Below the pieces are notes generated by a model. The model saw nothing but the letters and a program-made list of their open reading frames with translations. It did no database searches and was not told the DNA's origin. Positions 47,873 through 50,250 of a stretch of DNA of 50,250 nucleotides are shown here, in pieces (the stretch's first letter is position 1; each line of letters begins with the position of its first letter). Source of the stretch: Deinococcaceae bacterium (GTDB lineage: Bacteria > Deinococcota > Deinococci > Deinococcales > Trueperaceae); the NCBI GenBank assembly GCA_040256005.1, contig JBDZWC010000005.1:1-50250 (forward strand), read 5' to 3'. The position numbers were made by a program, and so were the translations under genes.

Positions 47873-49177
47873 TTACGGCAGGCTGAGGAGCCCTTCCTGG
47901 ATCGCGGCGGACGCCTCTCCCACGCCCTGCGTCAGCGCCTGGTCGGCGGCCGTCCCGTGGAGCGCGGCCTCGAAGGCAGCGTCCCAGGCACCGCGGAACT
48001 GCGCCAGGAACGGGAAGCCGGTGAGGACGTACGTGTTGCTCATGGCCTCGGCCAGCGCCGACATCGGGTTCTCGGCGTACTCGGGGCTGGTGGCGACCTC
48101 GGGCTGGGTCGGCAGGCCGCCGGCCGATGTCCACTCGAGGTTCTGCTCCGGCTGCGTCATCCAGCCGATGAAGGTCATGGCGGCCTCCATCTCGGCCGGG
48201 TCGCCATTGCGCTGCACGGGCAGGACGAGATGCGAGGAGCCGCCCCATGTGGCCGGCCGCTCGGTGCCCAGCTGCGGGAACGCGGCGACGCCGAAGTTGA
48301 GGCCGGCGTCCCGGTACTGGGAGAGCATCCATACGCCGTTGAAGTTCATGGCCGCCGCGCCCTGACGGAACGCGTCGATCTCGCTGCCTTCGGTCGCGTC
48401 CGTGGGGCCGAAGTGGTGCTCGGCACCGATGTCGACTAGGAACTGCACCGCTTCCTGTGCCGCCTCGGAATCGAAGTTGGGCGCGTAGCTCTCGTCGGCC
48501 GAGCCCACGAAGGTGACGCCGTTCTGCGCCGCTACGGCGTAGGCGATGGTGCCGCCCATCCATGGGGTGGGGATGCCGACGGCGTAGGTCTGCAGGCTCG
48601 ACGGGTCGAAGCCTTCGTCGCCAGGGTGGTTGCCGTTGGCATCGACGGTGAGCGCCTCGGCGGCCGCCAGGAACTCCTCGCGGTTGCTGGGCGGGTCCTC
48701 GGGGTCCAGACCAGCGGCCTCGAACAGGTCCTTGTTGTAGTACATGACCAGCATCACGGAGTGGACGGGCACGCCGTAGACCTTGCCGTCTACGACACCG
48801 GTCTCCCACAGCGAGGGGAAGAACCGGTCCGCCTGGACGTCGGCGGCGGCGAGCATGTCTGGCGTCATCTCGGCGACGGCGCCCCTGAGGATGAAGCCGG
48901 TGATGACGTCTTCGTTCAGCGCCACGACGTCCGGCGCCTGCCCGGCGGCGACGGCCGGCTCGAGCTGCTGGAACAGGTTGCCCCACGGGATCGGCTCCGC
49001 CGTGACGACGATGTCGGGGTGGGTGGCGTTGAACTCGGCCACCAGACCCTCCATCACCGGCAGGTCCGGCCCGGTGAAGCCGTGCCAGTAGGTGATCTGC
49101 ACCTGCGCCAGCGCCGCCCCGCCCAGCGCCAACGCCATGCCGACCAGCAGTGTCTTGAACGTCAACAACCGTCTCAT
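47873..49177 (-). CDS. Sugar ABC substrate-binding protein
   Basis: Signal peptide; ITYWHGFTGPD, EFNATHPDI, YYNKDLFEAAGLDP, FRQGAAAMNFNGVW. Confidence 0.92.
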   Translation of the reverse strand: MRRLLTFKTLLVGMALALGGAALAQVQITYWHGFTGPDLPVMEGLVAEFNATHPDIVVTAEPIPWGNLFQQLEPAVAAGQAPDVVALNEDVITGFILRGAVAEMTPDMLAAADVQADRFFPSLWETGVVDGKVYGVPVHSVMLVMYYNKDLFEAAGLDPEDPPSNREEFLAAAEALTVDANGNHPGDEGFDPSSLQTYAVGIPTPWMGGTIAYAVAAQNGVTFVGSADESYAPNFDSEAAQEAVQFLVDIGAEHHFGPTDATEGSEIDAFRQGAAAMNFNGVWMLSQYRDAGLNFGVAAFPQLGTERPATWGGSSHLVLPVQRNGDPAEMEAAMTFIGWMTQPEQNLEWTSAGGLPTQPEVATSPEYAENPMSALAEAMSNTYVLTGFPFLAQFRGAWDAAFEAALHGTAADQALTQGVGEASAAIQEGLLSLP

Positions 49178-50250
49178 ACGTCCTCCTCCTCGCCGGCCGC
49201 GTCTGTCGGCCGCGATCGGTGCCCGCGTTCAAGGGGCGTATCGTCCCCGTCCGGCTCACCTCGGGTCGCGCGAGCCAGGCTCGCGAGGTCCGCCTTCGGT
49301 GTCCTGTCCATCGTCAGGAGCCCGTTACGCTCCTGGAAAGTGTCCGTGAGCTGCGTGTAGCAGAAACCGGCCAGGCTCGAGCCGTGCACCGCGCGCATCA
49401 ACGCGCGGTAACGGTCCAGCAGTTCGTCGCCGCTGGCCACGGCGTCGTATCCCCAGCCGGGCTCGCCGTCCGCGACGCGCACACCGCCGAACTCCGTGAG
49501 CAGGACCGGCCTGTCGCCAGGTAAGGGCTCTTCGAGCATCAGCTCCCTGCCACCGGGTCGATGGGTACGCAGCGCAGATCCCACGGCCTCCGGCGTGGCG
49601 TACCGCCGCGCCAACGCCTCCGGGTCCCGCTCGTAGTCGTGCACGTTGACCAGGTCGGTCGCCAGCATCTCCCAACCGTCGTTGCCGACGACGGGCCGCG
49701 TGGGGTCCAGGGCCCTGGTGAAGTCAGCGAGGCCCCGCACCAGCGCTCGTTGGGCCGCGGAGGTCGGCAGGTCGGGCACGCCCCAGCTCTCGTTGAAAGG
49801 CACCCAGGCCACCACGCTCGGGTGCGGCGAGGCGACCTTGATGGCTTCCATCCAAGTCCGCGTGAGACGCTCGGCCGCGACCGTGTCGAAGGCGTACGCG
49901 CTGGGCAGCTCGGCCCACACCATCAGGCCGAGGTGGTCGGCCCAAGCGTAGAAGCGGGGGTCCTCGAGCTTCTGGTGCTTGCGAACCCCGTTGAAGCCGA
50001 GCTCCTTGGCCAGCCTCACGTCTCGCTCCAGCGCCCATGTGTCGGGAGGAGTGAGGTGCGTCCGCTCCCAGTAGCCCTGGTCGAGCGCCATGCGCGGCTG
50101 GTAGGGCCGCCCGTTGAGCAGGAACCTGCCCGACCCGCCCGCGACGGTGCGCAGCGCGGTGCGGGCATGCACCTCGTCCACGCTGCGATCGCCCTGCTCC
50201 AGCGTGACGGTCACGGCGATCAGGTTCGGCGTCTCGGGGGTCCACAGGTA
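49174..50250 (-). CDS. Glycoside hydrolase family 2, C-terminal part (starts beyond window end)
   Basis: FLLNGRP, LDQGYW, LGFNGVRKHQK, WVPFNESWG, LTEFGG, GFCYTQLTDTFQERNGL. Confidence 0.88.
   Translation of the reverse strand, partial: YLWTPETPNLIAVTVTLEQGDRSVDEVHARTALRTVAGGSGRFLLNGRPYQPRMALDQGYWERTHLTPPDTWALERDVRLAKELGFNGVRKHQKLEDPRFYAWADHLGLMVWAELPSAYAFDTVAAERLTRTWMEAIKVASPHPSVVAWVPFNESWGVPDLPTSAAQRALVRGLADFTRALDPTRPVVGNDGWEMLATDLVNVHDYERDPEALARRYATPEAVGSALRTHRPGGRELMLEEPLPGDRPVLLTEFGGVRVADGEPGWGYDAVASGDELLDRYRALMRAVHGSSLAGFCYTQLTDTFQERNGLLTMDRTPKADLASLARATRGEPDGDDTPLERGHRSRPTDAAGEEEDV

Overview
High-GC bacterial DNA, most likely Deinococcota (Trueperaceae-like). This is an inference from the protein style, several leaderless TAnnnT-N6/7-ATG starts and a HAIR-like site at dnaK. 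1-13.8 kb is housekeeping and catabolism: dnaK 5' part, serine hydrolase, lhgO, adenine deaminase, nfuA, Crp/Fnr regulator, lexA, CoA-transferase, TAXI-TRAP transporter and a GDPD. 13.9-43.6 kb is a ~30 kb periplasmic PQQ/putative lanthanide quinoprotein locus built as two convergent arms. It holds a PqqT-like PQQ ABC importer, three PQQ beta-propeller dehydrogenases, two COG4315-cytochrome c fusions, two XoxJ/MxaJ + LutA/PedA-type binding-protein fusions, a MoxR-DUF58-VWA chaperone module, a lut/ped-like ABC operon with an unknown very acidic secreted protein, and a divergent two-component system. Of the three dehydrogenases, one has CC/E/N/DxD ligands, two have remodelled active sites, and one of those two lacks the catalytic Asp. 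43.6-50.25 kb is a sugar utilisation operon (GH2, ABC, GH1, GH43). No rRNA, tRNA, CRISPR or mobile element was seen. All family calls come from motif recognition by eye, with no database searches.
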